In this document: positions 31,375 through 42,124 of the stretch, in pieces | Layout of the letters: each line of letters begins with the position of its first letter | How positions within the stretch are numbered: position 1 is the stretch's first letter | Source of the DNA: Opitutales bacterium | Lineage (GTDB): Bacteria > Verrucomicrobiota > Verrucomicrobiia > Opitutales > Oceanipulchritudinaceae | Reading direction: 5' to 3' | Assembly: GCA_020831485.1 (NCBI GenBank) | Contig: JAFIGG010000007.1 | Coordinates: 5,952 to 69,951, forward strand | DNA length: 64,000 nt | Made by a program: the position numbers and the translations under genes | Notes under the pieces: model-generated | Database searches by the model: none | The model's input: only the letters and a program-made list of their open reading frames with translations | What the model was told of the DNA's origin: nothing

Positions 31375-32505
31375 TCAGTTCAAGCGCAACGGCATGATAA
31401 CGCAGAGGAAACTGTCCTGCGTACGGATCACTCCGGGGCTCAACTCATCTTTGAATTCGAAAATCACTTCATCGCGCGTCAATGCACGCAGTGGGTCCAA
31501 CATGAAGTGGGGATTGAAGGCCACGCTGACCTCAGGACCGGAATACTCTACATTCAAAGTCACGTTGGACTCACCGAATTCAGGGCTGGATCCGGTTATC
31601 TCGAGCAGGTTTTCCGACACCCGCACTTTCACCGAGCTGCTTTTGTCCGAGCTCACCAATGCCGCCCGGCGCACACAGTTGGCGAAAGATTCGCGGTTAA
31701 GTTTGATGTGGCGATCGTTCTCCTTCGGGATCACCTGACGGTAATTTGGATAGCTCCCTTCGACCGTTTTGGATACCAGATAAATACTGTCGGACAGACC
31801 TGACGCATCCGAATCCTCACCACTCTGGATCTCAAAGGCTACCTGCCGGTCATTGAACGCTATGCGCACCGTTTCACCCTGACCGAGCAAACGCTCAACC
31901 TCATTGACCGTCTTGGCCGGCAGGATCAGGTGTCCGGAATTCTCCTCCGAAATCTCCAGTTCACGGCTCATCACCGCAAGGCGGCGACCATCCGTGGCTG
32001 CCAGAGTCAATTGGTCATCGGCAAAATTGAAAAATACGCCGTTCATGATGTAGCGGGTTTCGTCCGTCGACTGGGCGTAAGAAACGCTGCGCAACATCTT
32101 CTCCAAATCTTCCTGGCGCAGCACAAAACTATGCTGGTCGGCAAAGGAAGGGAGAGCCGGAAACTCGTCGGCACCAATGCCAACGATCCGGAACAAGGAC
32201 GTGCCCGAAGAAACCTTTGCGTGGTTGTTCGCGTAGGACTCAACCTCAACGTCAAGGTTCGGCATTTCCTTGATAATCGGAGCCAACTTCCGAACCGGCA
32301 ATGTCACTGAGCCCTTTTCCGAGACCTCAGCCTTGATCTTACAACGAATCCCCAGATCGAGATTGGTAGTGGTCAGGGATACACCATCGTCGCTTGCTTC
32401 GATCAGGACATTACTCAGGATCGGCATGGTTGCCCGTGTCCCAACAACGTTGAGAACTTGTTGAAGGCCGCTGGTGAAATGGTCTCGGTTGATTTTGAAC
32501 TTCAT
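31375..32505 (-). CDS. dnaN: DNA polymerase III subunit beta (sliding clamp)
   Basis: [21 protein letters not shown]...[10 protein letters not shown], three-domain length (376 aa) and C-terminal ...[10 protein letters not shown]. Start set at the ATG (Met17) rather than the upstream TTG. Confidence 0.93.
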   Translation of the reverse strand: MKFKINRDHFTSGLQQVLNVVGTRATMPILSNVLIEASDDGVSLTTTNLDLGIRCKIKAEVSEKGSVTLPVRKLAPIIKEMPNLDVEVESYANNHAKVSSGTSLFRIVGIGADEFPALPSFADQHSFVLRQEDLEKMLRSVSYAQSTDETRYIMNGVFFNFADDQLTLAATDGRRLAVMSRELEISEENSGHLILPAKTVNEVERLLGQGETVRIAFNDRQVAFEIQSGEDSDASGLSDSIYLVSKTVEGSYPNYRQVIPKENDRHIKLNRESFANCVRRAALVSSDKSSSVKVRVSENLLEITGSSPEFGESNVTLNVEYSGPEVSVAFNPHFMLDPLRALTRDEVIFEFKDELSPGVIRTQDSFLCVIMPLRLN

Positions 32506-32742
32506 AGTTTTGGGTGCGAAAGGATGAGTGATTAAAGGCGATTTAGAGTACAACTGACAACCATTAACTATTCATATATAAATCTTATATAAAAGACTTC
32601 TTCTTATTAAGGGCTGTGAGTTTGTGGGCAACTTTGAAAGCACTGAGCAATCAAGAACTTAGAGTAGGTTGGAGAGGTGAAGAACTCTCGGATTCTACCG
32701 GAAGGAAAACGGAACAAGTGGCAACTCACAAGATATTCACAG

Positions 32743-33606
32743 TCAATTACCAGACTCATTCGCTGTTTTCCCTTTCCTCAAATGGCGGTAGATACCGTAA
32801 AAAATGTAAGTGAGGAATACCAGGGCAATTGCCACATAATGGAACAGAAAGACTGCACCGATTACGACTAAGACAAAAATAAAGGTGCGAAAATCGATCC
32901 GGGTTTTGCTTCCAATCCGTTTAAAGCTGGGATAGTGGATATTGCTCACCATCAGTAAGGCTATAATAATCAACAAGAAAGGGAGCAGTATTGCCAGTTC
33001 CGTCATCTGGTGACGGGTAATGACCAAGGCGATGGACGAAATCATTCCGGCGGCGGCGGGAGCCGGAAGGCCGAGGAAATCGTGTTTTGGAAAGTTTTCG
33101 GAAGGCCGCAGCAAGGGAGAGGTAATCACGTTGAAGCGCGCAAGCCGAATAGCGACGCACAAAAGATAGAAGAACCCGACCAGTCCACCCAGAGTGCGAA
33201 CAAGTGGAAAGTCCGCAGTTGGCGACAACAGCAGGAAAAATACCAGCAGGGCAGGGGCCATGCCGAAGGAGACAACGTCAGCGAGGGAATCGAATTCCTT
33301 ACCGAACAACGACTCTTTCTGGGTAAGCCGTGCCATACGACCGTCGAGCATGTCGAAAACAACCGCAGCAAGAATAAACCAGACTGCCTGTTCGTAGAAT
33401 TGTGCCGGCGTGCGGGCAATGGTGTCGGCGTATTCGGTGGCCATGCCCTCAGCCGAAGACGCGAATTTTGCCTGAATACAGCGAATGACCGCAACAAACC
33501 CGCAGAACAGGTTGCCCGCCGTCATCAGGTTGGGCAGAAAGTAAATTTTGCTGGCCTCCTCCGCGTCGAGATAGGGAGCAGCGGCGCGGTTTTCGGAGTC
33601 ACTCAC
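32743..33606 (-). CDS. pssA: CDP-diacylglycerol--serine O-phosphatidyltransferase
   Basis: LPNLMTAGNLFCGF and the CDP-alcohol phosphatidyltransferase motif DMLDGRMARL...GKEFDSLADVVSFG. Multi-TM protein. Confidence 0.88.
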   Translation of the reverse strand: MSDSENRAAAPYLDAEEASKIYFLPNLMTAGNLFCGFVAVIRCIQAKFASSAEGMATEYADTIARTPAQFYEQAVWFILAAVVFDMLDGRMARLTQKESLFGKEFDSLADVVSFGMAPALLVFFLLLSPTADFPLVRTLGGLVGFFYLLCVAIRLARFNVITSPLLRPSENFPKHDFLGLPAPAAAGMISSIALVITRHQMTELAILLPFLLIIIALLMVSNIHYPSFKRIGSKTRIDFRTFIFVLVVIGAVFLFHYVAIALVFLTYIFYGIYRHLRKGKTANESGN

Positions 33607-34025
33607 GATTTACGGTCGGGCTTTTTGAGGGTTTCGAGGTATTTCCAAAAGGATTTGTTCTGCTCGACCATGGTTTCTTCAGTGACTGGCAGCTTGTTTC
33701 GATAGATAAAATCGGTCAGGCTGTTGCGGTGCAGAATATAGTGGCTGAAAAGGGTGTTGCCCTGGATTTCAAAGTAACAGCGGTATTCTCCGGCGCGCAC
33801 CCGGAAATAGGTTTTCCCTTCACGACTAAAGCGACCGATGGAATCATCCGGGTCTTCCAGTTGATCCGGGCTCAGACTGCTGATGCGGTTGACCAGGGCC
33901 AACTGCTGATCCATGCCGAGTTTGTTCAACTCGGACATACTTTGATCGCTGAAGGTGACCTGATAAAAATTCTGTGCGCGGCGCGCCAGTGTCTGAGCGT
34001 TTGGACTTTGGGTGGATTCCGACAT
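33603..34025 (-). CDS. RelE/ParE-superfamily toxin-like protein with N- and C-terminal extensions (orphan)
   Basis: From Met46 of the listed ORF: YQVTFSDQSMSELNKLGMDQQLALVNRISSL...GRFSREGKTYFRVRAGEYRCYFEIQGNTLFSHYILHRNS. This follows the RelE/ParE pattern (x-F-S-x-x-A...L, YR-x-RVG-x-YR-x-x-Y-x-I, HR). The stop overlaps the pssA start. Confidence 0.5.
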   Translation of the reverse strand: MSESTQSPNAQTLARRAQNFYQVTFSDQSMSELNKLGMDQQLALVNRISSLSPDQLEDPDDSIGRFSREGKTYFRVRAGEYRCYFEIQGNTLFSHYILHRNSLTDFIYRNKLPVTEETMVEQNKSFWKYLETLKKPDRKS

Positions 34026-34189
34026 AATAAAAGCATTGCGAACGTAGCCGAGTCGGGGCAAAAGCGCAAGCAAATCAAAATTACAGATTTTCCGATTGCC
34101 AAGGGGGCTAAAGAGCCATTGTGCTAAAGGCCCGTTGGCGGTTAAAAGCCTCCATCGCAACGGAACGACTATTCTCGAAACACTAAGGC

Positions 34190-35788
34190 ATGAAACATAT
34201 TTTTATCACTGGAGGCGTTGTATCCTCGCTGGGCAAAGGGCTGACGGCCGCCGCGCTTGGAGCTTTGCTCGAACAAAGAGGGCTCAAAATCAAGATTCAG
34301 AAGTTTGATCCCTATCTCAATGTGGATCCAGGCACCATGAATCCTTTCCAGCACGGCGAGGTTTACGTGCTCGATGATGGCTCCGAGACCGACTTGGACC
34401 TCGGCCACTATGAACGCTTCACCAATGGTAAGCTGTCCCAGCGCAACAATCTGACCTCAGGCCAGATCTACGATACGATTATACGCAAGGAGCGCCGCGG
34501 TGATTACCTGGGTCAGACCATTCAGGTAATTCCACATGTGACCAATGAAATCCAGAGTCGTTTCGAGGCAGATGCAGGCGATGTTGACATCATCATCACT
34601 GAAATCGGTGGCACGGTTGGCGACATCGAAGGCCTGCCCTTTCTCGAGGCGATGCGCCAGTTTACCTTGGAAAAAGGGCACGACAATGTCGTGTTTGTCC
34701 ACGTCACTCTGGTGCCCTACCTGACTGCCGCCGGTGAACTCAAGACAAAGCCGACCCAGCAGTCGGTCGCCAAACTGCGTGAAATTGGTATCCAGCCAGA
34801 CATCCTCGTTTGCCGCACCGAAAAGCCGCTGGGCAAGGAATTGCGCCAGAAACTGAGCCTTTTCTGCAATGTACAGGTCAAGTCAGTGATCGAGGAAATT
34901 GATGTCGAGACGTCGATCTACGAAGTTCCGTTGATGCTGGAGAACGAAGGCCTCGATCAGCTGGTGCTGGAAAGCCTGAAAATGGAAAACCTGCCGTTGA
35001 AAGAAAACGGTTGGGATGAGGTCGTGCGGATTCTCAAATACCCCAAACACCGGGTCGATATCGCGGTCGTGGGTAAATACATTGAACTGCAGGACGCCTA
35101 TAAGAGTGTCTACGAAAGCATCGTGCACGGTGGAATTGCCAATGACTGTGCGGTTGAGATTCATCGGATCGACTCCGAAAAGCTCGAAGCCACCGGCAAT
35201 TACGAGATGTTGAAGCGTTACGATGGTTTGCTGGTCCCGGGAGGATTTGGATCGCGGGGCATCGAAGGCAAGATCGAAGCAGTGCGCATCGCCCGCGAAA
35301 ATGGCATTCCCTACTACGGTTTGTGCCTGGGCATGCAGGTGGCGGTCATTGAATTTGCCCGCAATGTGGCAAAGATGGAGGGGGCTCACAGCTCTGAGTT
35401 CGATCCGACCACGGCCTATCCGGTTATCGATTTGATGGTCGACCAGCGTGAATTGGAAGACAAGGGTGCGACGATGCGCCTGGGCGCCTGCAACTGCGCC
35501 TTGCAACCGGGCACCTTCAGTCGCGAAGCCTATGGGGTCGACCAGGTTTCCGAACGCCACCGGCACCGCTACGAATTCAATAATGCTTTTCGCGACCAAT
35601 TGGTAAAAGCAGGCCTTCGCATCGGCGGGGTGAATCCCGAGCGCGATCTGGTAGAAATTATCGAGATTCCGGAACACCCCTGGTTCGTCGGAGTCCAGTA
35701 TCACCCGGAATTCCAGAGCAAGCCACGCAAGCCTCACCCCCTCTTCGCAGCATTTGTCGCGGCTGCCCTGAAACGCCGCAAATCCTAA
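34190..35788 (+). CDS. pyrG: CTP synthase
   Basis: [42 protein letters not shown]-type [16 protein letters not shown] and HRHRYEFN. Confidence 0.97.
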   Translation: MKHIFITGGVVSSLGKGLTAAALGALLEQRGLKIKIQKFDPYLNVDPGTMNPFQHGEVYVLDDGSETDLDLGHYERFTNGKLSQRNNLTSGQIYDTIIRKERRGDYLGQTIQVIPHVTNEIQSRFEADAGDVDIIITEIGGTVGDIEGLPFLEAMRQFTLEKGHDNVVFVHVTLVPYLTAAGELKTKPTQQSVAKLREIGIQPDILVCRTEKPLGKELRQKLSLFCNVQVKSVIEEIDVETSIYEVPLMLENEGLDQLVLESLKMENLPLKENGWDEVVRILKYPKHRVDIAVVGKYIELQDAYKSVYESIVHGGIANDCAVEIHRIDSEKLEATGNYEMLKRYDGLLVPGGFGSRGIEGKIEAVRIARENGIPYYGLCLGMQVAVIEFARNVAKMEGAHSSEFDPTTAYPVIDLMVDQRELEDKGATMRLGACNCALQPGTFSREAYGVDQVSERHRHRYEFNNAFRDQLVKAGLRIGGVNPERDLVEIIEIPEHPWFVGVQYHPEFQSKPRKPHPLFAAFVAAALKRRKS

Positions 35789-35795
35789 TAGAATC

Positions 35796-36605
35796 ATGCC
35801 TATTCCTCTCTACGAAGCCGATCGCCTGCTGTTGATCGCCGGTCCTTGCACACTCGAAAACGAAGACCTTTGCCTCGAGGTGGCGGAGCACCTTGCCAGC
35901 CTGCGGGAGCGCTATCCGCAGTTGCGGATTCTTTTTAAAGGTTCTTTCGACAAGGCCAATCGCACTTCATTGCAGTCACCCCGAGGGCCGGGTTTGGAAA
36001 AGGGCCTCGAGTGGCTGGCGCGGATCCGCGGTAAATTCGGATTTCCGACCCTTACCGATTTTCACACCCCGGAGCAGGCCGCCCTGCTCGCCGAGGAGGT
36101 GGACGTTTTGCAAATACCAGCCTTCCTTTGCCGACAGACGGATATGCTGGTCGCTGCCGCCGCGACGGGCCGCACTGTGAATGTCAAAAAGGGTCAGTTT
36201 CTCAGCCCATACGAAATGCGCTACGTGGTTGATAAACTCGAAAAGGCGGGTGCCAGGGAAGTCTGGCTGACTGAACGCGGCACGACTTTTGGTTACCAGA
36301 ATCTGGTCGTCGACATGCGCGGATTTCACCTCCTAAAGGAGTATAAACACCCGATGATTTTCGACGCCACCCACAGCGTGCAAATGCCGGGTGGGGCCGA
36401 AGGCACAACGGGAGGCAAAAGGGAATTCATTCCGGCCCTGACCCGCGCGGCCCTGGCCGCCGGTGCCAATGGATTGTTTGTTGAAACCCATCCGGACCCG
36501 GCCAATGCGAGCTCGGATGGCCCCAATCAGGTGCCGTTGAAGGAACTCGAAGCGCTGATCCAGCAGGCATTGGACATCTGGCAGGTGGCCCGCAAATACG
36601 CCTGA
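35796..36605 (+). CDS. kdsA: 3-deoxy-8-phosphooctulonate (KDO8P) synthase
   Basis: [45 protein letters not shown] and [11 protein letters not shown]. Confidence 0.94.
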   Translation: MPIPLYEADRLLLIAGPCTLENEDLCLEVAEHLASLRERYPQLRILFKGSFDKANRTSLQSPRGPGLEKGLEWLARIRGKFGFPTLTDFHTPEQAALLAEEVDVLQIPAFLCRQTDMLVAAAATGRTVNVKKGQFLSPYEMRYVVDKLEKAGAREVWLTERGTTFGYQNLVVDMRGFHLLKEYKHPMIFDATHSVQMPGGAEGTTGGKREFIPALTRAALAAGANGLFVETHPDPANASSDGPNQVPLKELEALIQQALDIWQVARKYA

Positions 36606-36607
36606 GT

Positions 36608-37690
36608 TCACCACTGGAAACCGAGCTGGGTTCCACCCGGACGCCGGAAGGCCTCGCAATTCAATGTGCCCGCACTGTGGTTGAGCCCGAGCTTGCGGCT
36701 TTCAATTCGGAACCATTGCCGGTAGGTATCGGCCAAGATACCATCGCCGCTGAAGCGCCGGCCAAATCGGCTGTCATCGAGTTTTCCCGCATGCAGTTCC
36801 CGAATGCGGGCGAGCACGGTGTCCGCACGGCCGGGAAATTCGCGCCGCAACCAGTCCTCGAAAATCGATTTAACCGCCAGGGGCAAACGCAGTACCTGAT
36901 AATAAGCGGTTTTCGCGCCGGCTTCTTTCGCCGCGCGCAGGATGGCGATAAGCTCAGTGTCGTTCAGACCCGGAACCACCGGAGCGATGTTAACCCCGAC
37001 TGGAATGCCTGCGGTAGCAAGTTGACGCACGGCCTCCAGGCGCGCCTTGGGACGAGCGGCACGCGGCTCCATTTTACCCGCCAGCTCAATGTTGAGCGAA
37101 GTGATGCTCAAAGTCACATGGACCCCATTCCACTGCGCCATTTCGGCCAGCAGATCAATATCTCTTAACATCAAGGTATTTTTACTGATCAGGCTGACCG
37201 GGTTGCGCAGGCGCTGCAGTACTTCCAGGCAGCGGCGGGTCAATTGAAGCTTGCTCTCAAGCGGCTGGTAGCAATCCGTGATCCCACTGAGCATCAGGGG
37301 TTTGACTTTCCAGGATGGCTTGCTCAATGCAGCTTCCAAAAGCTCGGGCGCACGCTCTTTGTAGAAGAGCTTGGTCTCGAAATCCAGACCGGCCGAAAGT
37401 CCCAGGTATTCGTGACTGGGCCGGGCGTAGCAGTAGGCACAGCCGTGTTCACAGCCCCGGTAGGGATTCAGGCTGACTTCAAACGGCAGGTCCGGACTGT
37501 TGTTGGTCGACAGAATCGAGACCGCGTGATCGGGCAGGACTTCAGTAGGAACCCGCGATCGATCCGGACTCAGCTCTGGATCCGCCCCTTCATAATCCGA
37601 CCAATCCGCTTCCGTGTAGCGGCTCTCGAAGCGGTTGCCCGGCTGGGAACCGGTGCCGCGGCCACGCGGTGGATTCGGATTGGCAGGCAT
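36608..37690 (-). CDS. Radical SAM protein, PA0069/Rv2578c-like (SplB-related)
   Basis: NPYRGCEHGCAYCYARP contains the Cx3Cx2C cluster motif. The size and the C-terminal part fit the family often annotated as DNA-repair-photolyase-like. The function is unknown. Confidence 0.82.
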   Translation of the reverse strand: MPANPNPPRGRGTGSQPGNRFESRYTEADWSDYEGADPELSPDRSRVPTEVLPDHAVSILSTNNSPDLPFEVSLNPYRGCEHGCAYCYARPSHEYLGLSAGLDFETKLFYKERAPELLEAALSKPSWKVKPLMLSGITDCYQPLESKLQLTRRCLEVLQRLRNPVSLISKNTLMLRDIDLLAEMAQWNGVHVTLSITSLNIELAGKMEPRAARPKARLEAVRQLATAGIPVGVNIAPVVPGLNDTELIAILRAAKEAGAKTAYYQVLRLPLAVKSIFEDWLRREFPGRADTVLARIRELHAGKLDDSRFGRRFSGDGILADTYRQWFRIESRKLGLNHSAGTLNCEAFRRPGGTQLGFQW

Positions 37691-37737
37691 TAAACCAGTG
37701 TTCGTTTGTTTATTGGATATGCAAGTTTCGAATCAGC

Positions 37738-38499
37738 TCAGTGCATTGCAAGTGTAGCCGTCAATGCGCCGTGGTCGGAGAGCTTGCTCCAGGGACTACG
37801 GGCCAGGCAGGAGGCTTCGACGGGTTTCAGACCCCTTACGTAAATTCGGTCCAGCGGGAGGATGGGGAAGTGCGACGGAAAACTGCGGGCGTGATAGCCG
37901 TGAACGCTTTGGTGGGCTTCTACTACGCCGAGGGCATTGCAGAGTATACTGGAAGCGTCCTGGCGCCAGTCATTGAAATCGCCGGCGATGATCAAGGGGG
38001 CGTCATCCGGAATATGGTCATGGATCCGATCGATGATGCGTTGATACTGAGGAGCCCGGCCTCGTTTAAACAGGTTGAGGTGGACGCAGATCAGGTGCAG
38101 TTCGGGAGCATCCGGAGAAGAACCTTCGATGGTCGCGTGCAGCAAGCCACGCTTTTCGCGGCGGTTGCTGGAAATATCAATGTTCTCAAAAGAGCTGAAC
38201 GGCCGACGGCTGAGGATCGCATTGCCGTGGTGTCCGGCCGAGTAAACGGCGTTTTTACCGTAGGCAAAATGCGGCCAGATGGTGTCCGCCAGATACTCCA
38301 ATTGAGGTACGAGTGGCCAGTTGTCCAGGCGCTCGGAGTGAACGCGGTGTTCACCGACGACTTCCTGTAAGAAGACCATTTCCGAGCCGGTCGTCTGGAT
38401 AGCTTCGCGAATCGCCTCGAGTACGAATCGGCGATTCAGGGAAGAGAAGCCCTTGTGGATGTTGTATGTCAGCACCTTAAGGTGCGTTCCATTGTTCAT
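37738..38499 (-). CDS. Endonuclease/exonuclease/phosphatase (EEP) family protein
   Basis: LKVLTYNIHKG, VFLQEV, IIAGDFND and ...SDHGAL are EEP catalytic motifs. Confidence 0.8.
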   Translation of the reverse strand: MNNGTHLKVLTYNIHKGFSSLNRRFVLEAIREAIQTTGSEMVFLQEVVGEHRVHSERLDNWPLVPQLEYLADTIWPHFAYGKNAVYSAGHHGNAILSRRPFSSFENIDISSNRREKRGLLHATIEGSSPDAPELHLICVHLNLFKRGRAPQYQRIIDRIHDHIPDDAPLIIAGDFNDWRQDASSILCNALGVVEAHQSVHGYHARSFPSHFPILPLDRIYVRGLKPVEASCLARSPWSKLSDHGALTATLAMH

Positions 38500-38542
38500 G
38501 CGTTGCCTTGTCGGATGCCTTTAGGCGGTGCAACGTTCGAAA

Positions 38543-40483
38543 TTAGCCAGGGTTTCGCAGATGGGCCTTGTCGCTGCCGGAAGGACCCGGTTTTGTCGGT
38601 TTGTGGCCGAAACGCTTGAGAATGCGTTCGCGCAGCTGATCGCTGTCGATGCCCGCAAGCTGGCGGAGGTCCGATACGCTGCTGCCATGTTCAATGAAAT
38701 GGTCAGGATAGCCAATGCGTTCCACCGGACAGTGGATGCCCGCTTCGTTTAGGCTCTCCAAAACCGCAGTGCCGAATCCGCCGGTCACCACATGGTCTTC
38801 CATGGTCACCATCAATTCGGCGTCCCGCGCCTGAAGCTGGAGCAATTCGGCGTCGAGTGGTTTGATAAAGCGCGGATTCACTACCCCGATGGAAAGGCCC
38901 AGCTCGACTTCAAGGGAGTCCGAAAGCGCGAGCGCTTCCTGAATCCAGGGCCCTAGAGCCCAGATCTGAATGTCTTTGCCGGCTTTGACTACAGCGGCCT
39001 TGCCGATTTCCAACGCCTCAGGATCGCCATTGATGTCGGCACCGTTGCCAGCGCCGCGCGGGTAGCGGATAAAGGTGGGGTGGGGGCACTGCAGCGACGT
39101 CCAGAGCATGTTGGCGAGCTCACGCTCGTCCTGGGGCTGCATGATGATGGTATTGGGCACGCAGCGGAGATAGCCGATGTCGAACAAGCCGTGGTGGGTG
39201 GCACCGTCGTTGGGTGACAATCCGGCGCGGTCCATGCAAAATACCACAGGCAGATCCTGCAGGCAGATATCGTGGATGATCGGATCGTAGGCTCGTTGCA
39301 GGAAGGTCGAATAGATAGCCACCACTGGTTTCATCCCCTGGGTTGCAAGCCCTGCGGCAAAGAGCACGGCGTGTTCTTCCGCGATGCCGACGTCGAAAAA
39401 CTGTTCCGGAATGGCATCCCGCAGCCAGGACAGACCCGTCCCGGGCGGCATGGCTGCCGTGATGCCCAGAATGGATGCATCCGTTTTGGCGAATTTAAGC
39501 AGACTTTTGCCAAAGGCGTCCTGATAGCTGAGCGCCTTGCTCTTGCCTTTACCGGAGGGCGATAAACCGGTTTCGATGTCGAAGGGTCCCAAACCGTGAA
39601 ATTTCTCCGGTGAAGCCAGCGCGGGTTCGTAGCCCTTGCCCTTCTGGGTCATCAGGTGGATAAGAATCGGGCGGTCGCTCGCTTTGGCGAACTCGAGGTG
39701 CTTGATCACGGCATCGATGTCGTGCCCGTCGACCGGCCCGATGTAGCGCAGGCCAAAAGTCTCGAAGAAATTCGAATCGACAAAAAAGTCTTTGGTTTCG
39801 CGCTTCCACTTGCGACCGAAGTCCAGCATCGACTGTCCGCCAGGCATCTTTTGCAGCATCGACTTCAGGTCGCGGTCGATCCGGTTGTAAACGGGGTTGG
39901 TGATGATATCGTTGAAATAGCGCGCGAGAGAGCCGACATTCTTGGCGATCGACCATTCATTGTCATTGAGAATGATGATCAACCGGCGCGTGGACGCGTC
40001 GATATTGTTGAGGGCTTCCAGTGTGATGCCGCAGGTGAAGGCCGCATCGCCGAGGACGGCGACCACATGGTTGTCTTCCTTCTGCTGGTCGCGCGCGATC
40101 GCCATACCCAGCGCGGCGGACAGGGCCGTGCCCGCGTGGCCGGCGCCGAAGGCATCGTGTTCGCTTTCGCTGCGGGCCAGAAAGCCACTGTAGCCACCGC
40201 TCTGACGGATTTTGTCGAAGGGCGCATCGTTACGGCCCGTCAGCAGCTTGTGCACGTAGCCCTGGTGGGAGACGTCGAAGACAAATTTGTCTGTCGGGCT
40301 GTTGAAAACCCGGTGCAGGCCGAGGGTCAATTCAACCACGCCCAGATTCGGGCCAATGTGGCCACCGTTGCGCGAAGTGACTTCAATCAGGCGCTGGCGG
40401 ATTTCCTGTGCCAGAGCAGTGAGGTCTGCATGGGGCAGTGCCTGGACATCGGCCGGGCCCTGGATGCGGGACAGAATCGACAT
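38543..40483 (-). CDS. dxs: 1-deoxy-D-xylulose-5-phosphate synthase
   Basis: GGHIGPNLGVVELTLGLH, SHQGYVHKLLTGR, AVLGDAAFTCG (GDG-type TPP motif), DVGIAEEHAV and DRAGL.PNDGATHHG. Confidence 0.96.
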   Translation of the reverse strand: MSILSRIQGPADVQALPHADLTALAQEIRQRLIEVTSRNGGHIGPNLGVVELTLGLHRVFNSPTDKFVFDVSHQGYVHKLLTGRNDAPFDKIRQSGGYSGFLARSESEHDAFGAGHAGTALSAALGMAIARDQQKEDNHVVAVLGDAAFTCGITLEALNNIDASTRRLIIILNDNEWSIAKNVGSLARYFNDIITNPVYNRIDRDLKSMLQKMPGGQSMLDFGRKWKRETKDFFVDSNFFETFGLRYIGPVDGHDIDAVIKHLEFAKASDRPILIHLMTQKGKGYEPALASPEKFHGLGPFDIETGLSPSGKGKSKALSYQDAFGKSLLKFAKTDASILGITAAMPPGTGLSWLRDAIPEQFFDVGIAEEHAVLFAAGLATQGMKPVVAIYSTFLQRAYDPIIHDICLQDLPVVFCMDRAGLSPNDGATHHGLFDIGYLRCVPNTIIMQPQDERELANMLWTSLQCPHPTFIRYPRGAGNGADINGDPEALEIGKAAVVKAGKDIQIWALGPWIQEALALSDSLEVELGLSIGVVNPRFIKPLDAELLQLQARDAELMVTMEDHVVTGGFGTAVLESLNEAGIHCPVERIGYPDHFIEHGSSVSDLRQLAGIDSDQLRERILKRFGHKPTKPGPSGSDKAHLRNPG

Positions 40484-40490
40484 GATGAAA

Positions 40491-40736
40491 TCAGCTGGCG
40501 TTGTTTTCAGGATTGAAAGCTTCGGCTTGTGTGCCCTCGCTGCCCTGGCGCAGCATTTCGATGCGGGTCTCTGCTTCCTTTAGACGGGATTGGCATTTCT
40601 GAATTAGTTTATTGCCTTCTTCAAATTTATCAACCAGCTGGGCAAGCGGCACGTCTCCCTTCTCCAGCGATTGGACAAGGCCCTCCAGTTGCTCGAGCGC
40701 TTGCTCAAAAGCCAACTCTTTTGAATCATTAGGCAT
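40491..40736 (-). CDS. xseB: Exodeoxyribonuclease VII small subunit
   Basis: 81 aa. FEQALEQLEGLVQSLEKGDVPLAQLVDKFEEGNKLIQKCQSRLKEAETRI matches the XseB helical hairpin pattern. Confidence 0.85.
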   Translation of the reverse strand: MPNDSKELAFEQALEQLEGLVQSLEKGDVPLAQLVDKFEEGNKLIQKCQSRLKEAETRIEMLRQGSEGTQAEAFNPENNAS

Positions 40737-40867
40737 GATCGCTCAAGGTGCATCCTGGCATGGCTGGGAGCAAGTTTTTTTACCTGAACGGTTTAAAGGC
40801 GAGAATTCACTGATTTTTTTACCTTGCCAGTGGAGTTCGCCCTGCCGGACTTTAGAGCCTTTCTATC

Positions 40868-42121
40868 ATGAATTCCATTGCCCTCATATTTATCGCGCTG
40901 TTGCTGCTTCGCCTGGCGATGCAGCTCGGCCTCGACCTGCTCAATCTCAAATCCGTGAATGCGGCCGCAGGCTCGGTGCCGGCGGCCTTTGCGGGGCGCA
41001 TCGAACCGGAAACCTACGCCCGGAGCGTCGATTACACGCGGGCCCGTTTGCGCCTTTCTATGGCGGAGACGCTCTACGATGCCCTGATTCTCGCTGTCTT
41101 ACTGCTCAGCGGCCTGCTGGCCTGGATCTGGTATGCCTTCAGCGGAGTGTTTGGCGCAGGGCTTTGGGGACAGTCGGCGACCTTGTTTGCAACGGGTATT
41201 CTCATCGGGCTGCCGTCGCTGCCATTTGACTGGTATTCGCAGTTTCGTCTGGAAGAACGTTTTGGATTCAATCGCAGCACCCTCGCCCTCTGGTTGACGG
41301 ACAAAATCAAGGGCCTGGTGATCGGCCTGATCATTGGTCTGCCGCTTGTGGCTTTTCTACTGTGGCTGGTGGGATTGAGCGAATACTGGTGGCTGTGGGC
41401 CTTTGTCGCGGTTTTCGTCTTTCAGCTGGTAATGGTGGTTGTTTACCCGACCCTGATCATGCCTCTGTTCAACAAATTCACTGAATTGGAAGAGGGTGAT
41501 TTGAAAACGCGGCTGTTTGACCTGAGCGAACGCACCGGTTTTCGTGCCCGCACGATTCTGGTGATGGATGGCAGCAAGCGTTCGGGTCACTCCAACGCCT
41601 TTTTCACTGGATTTGGCAAGTTCCGGCGGATCGTCCTGTTTGACACGCTGATGGAGCAGCTGAAACCGCGCCAGCTGGAGGCGGTTCTGGCGCATGAGAT
41701 CGGCCACTACAAGCTGGGGCATATTCCGCGCATGATCGCAATGAGTGCTTTCACCTTGCTGCTGAGTTTCGCCCTGATCGGTTACCTCGCAGGCCAGCCA
41801 GCCTTTGTTGAAGCCTTTGGATTTGACTGGCAGGCCGGTCAGCTGGCGCCCGTGCTTTTGCTCTTTATGCTGATGGGTGGGCTGTTGACCTTCTGGCTGA
41901 GCCCCTTGAGCAATGTACTTTCCCGCAAGCATGAGTATGAAGCCGACCATTTTGCCCGCGAGGCTCTGGGTGGCGATCCCGAGCCTTTGGTCGAGGCCTT
42001 GCACACGCTTTCCGAAAAGAACCTCAGCAACCTGACCCCGCATCCTCTTTACAGCGGCTTTTATTATTCGCACCCGACGCTGATCGAACGCGAAGCGGCG
42101 CTGCGAAACAAGGACAACTAA
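40868..42121 (+). CDS. M48-family zinc metalloprotease (Ste24/HtpX-like, CAAX-protease architecture)
   Basis: Multiple TM helices, [10 protein letters not shown] (HExxH), a downstream EYEADHFA and a C-terminal HPTLIER. Confidence 0.88.
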   Translation: MNSIALIFIALLLLRLAMQLGLDLLNLKSVNAAAGSVPAAFAGRIEPETYARSVDYTRARLRLSMAETLYDALILAVLLLSGLLAWIWYAFSGVFGAGLWGQSATLFATGILIGLPSLPFDWYSQFRLEERFGFNRSTLALWLTDKIKGLVIGLIIGLPLVAFLLWLVGLSEYWWLWAFVAVFVFQLVMVVVYPTLIMPLFNKFTELEEGDLKTRLFDLSERTGFRARTILVMDGSKRSGHSNAFFTGFGKFRRIVLFDTLMEQLKPRQLEAVLAHEIGHYKLGHIPRMIAMSAFTLLLSFALIGYLAGQPAFVEAFGFDWQAGQLAPVLLLFMLMGGLLTFWLSPLSNVLSRKHEYEADHFAREALGGDPEPLVEALHTLSEKNLSNLTPHPLYSGFYYSHPTLIEREAALRNKDN

Positions 42122-42124
42122 GCC

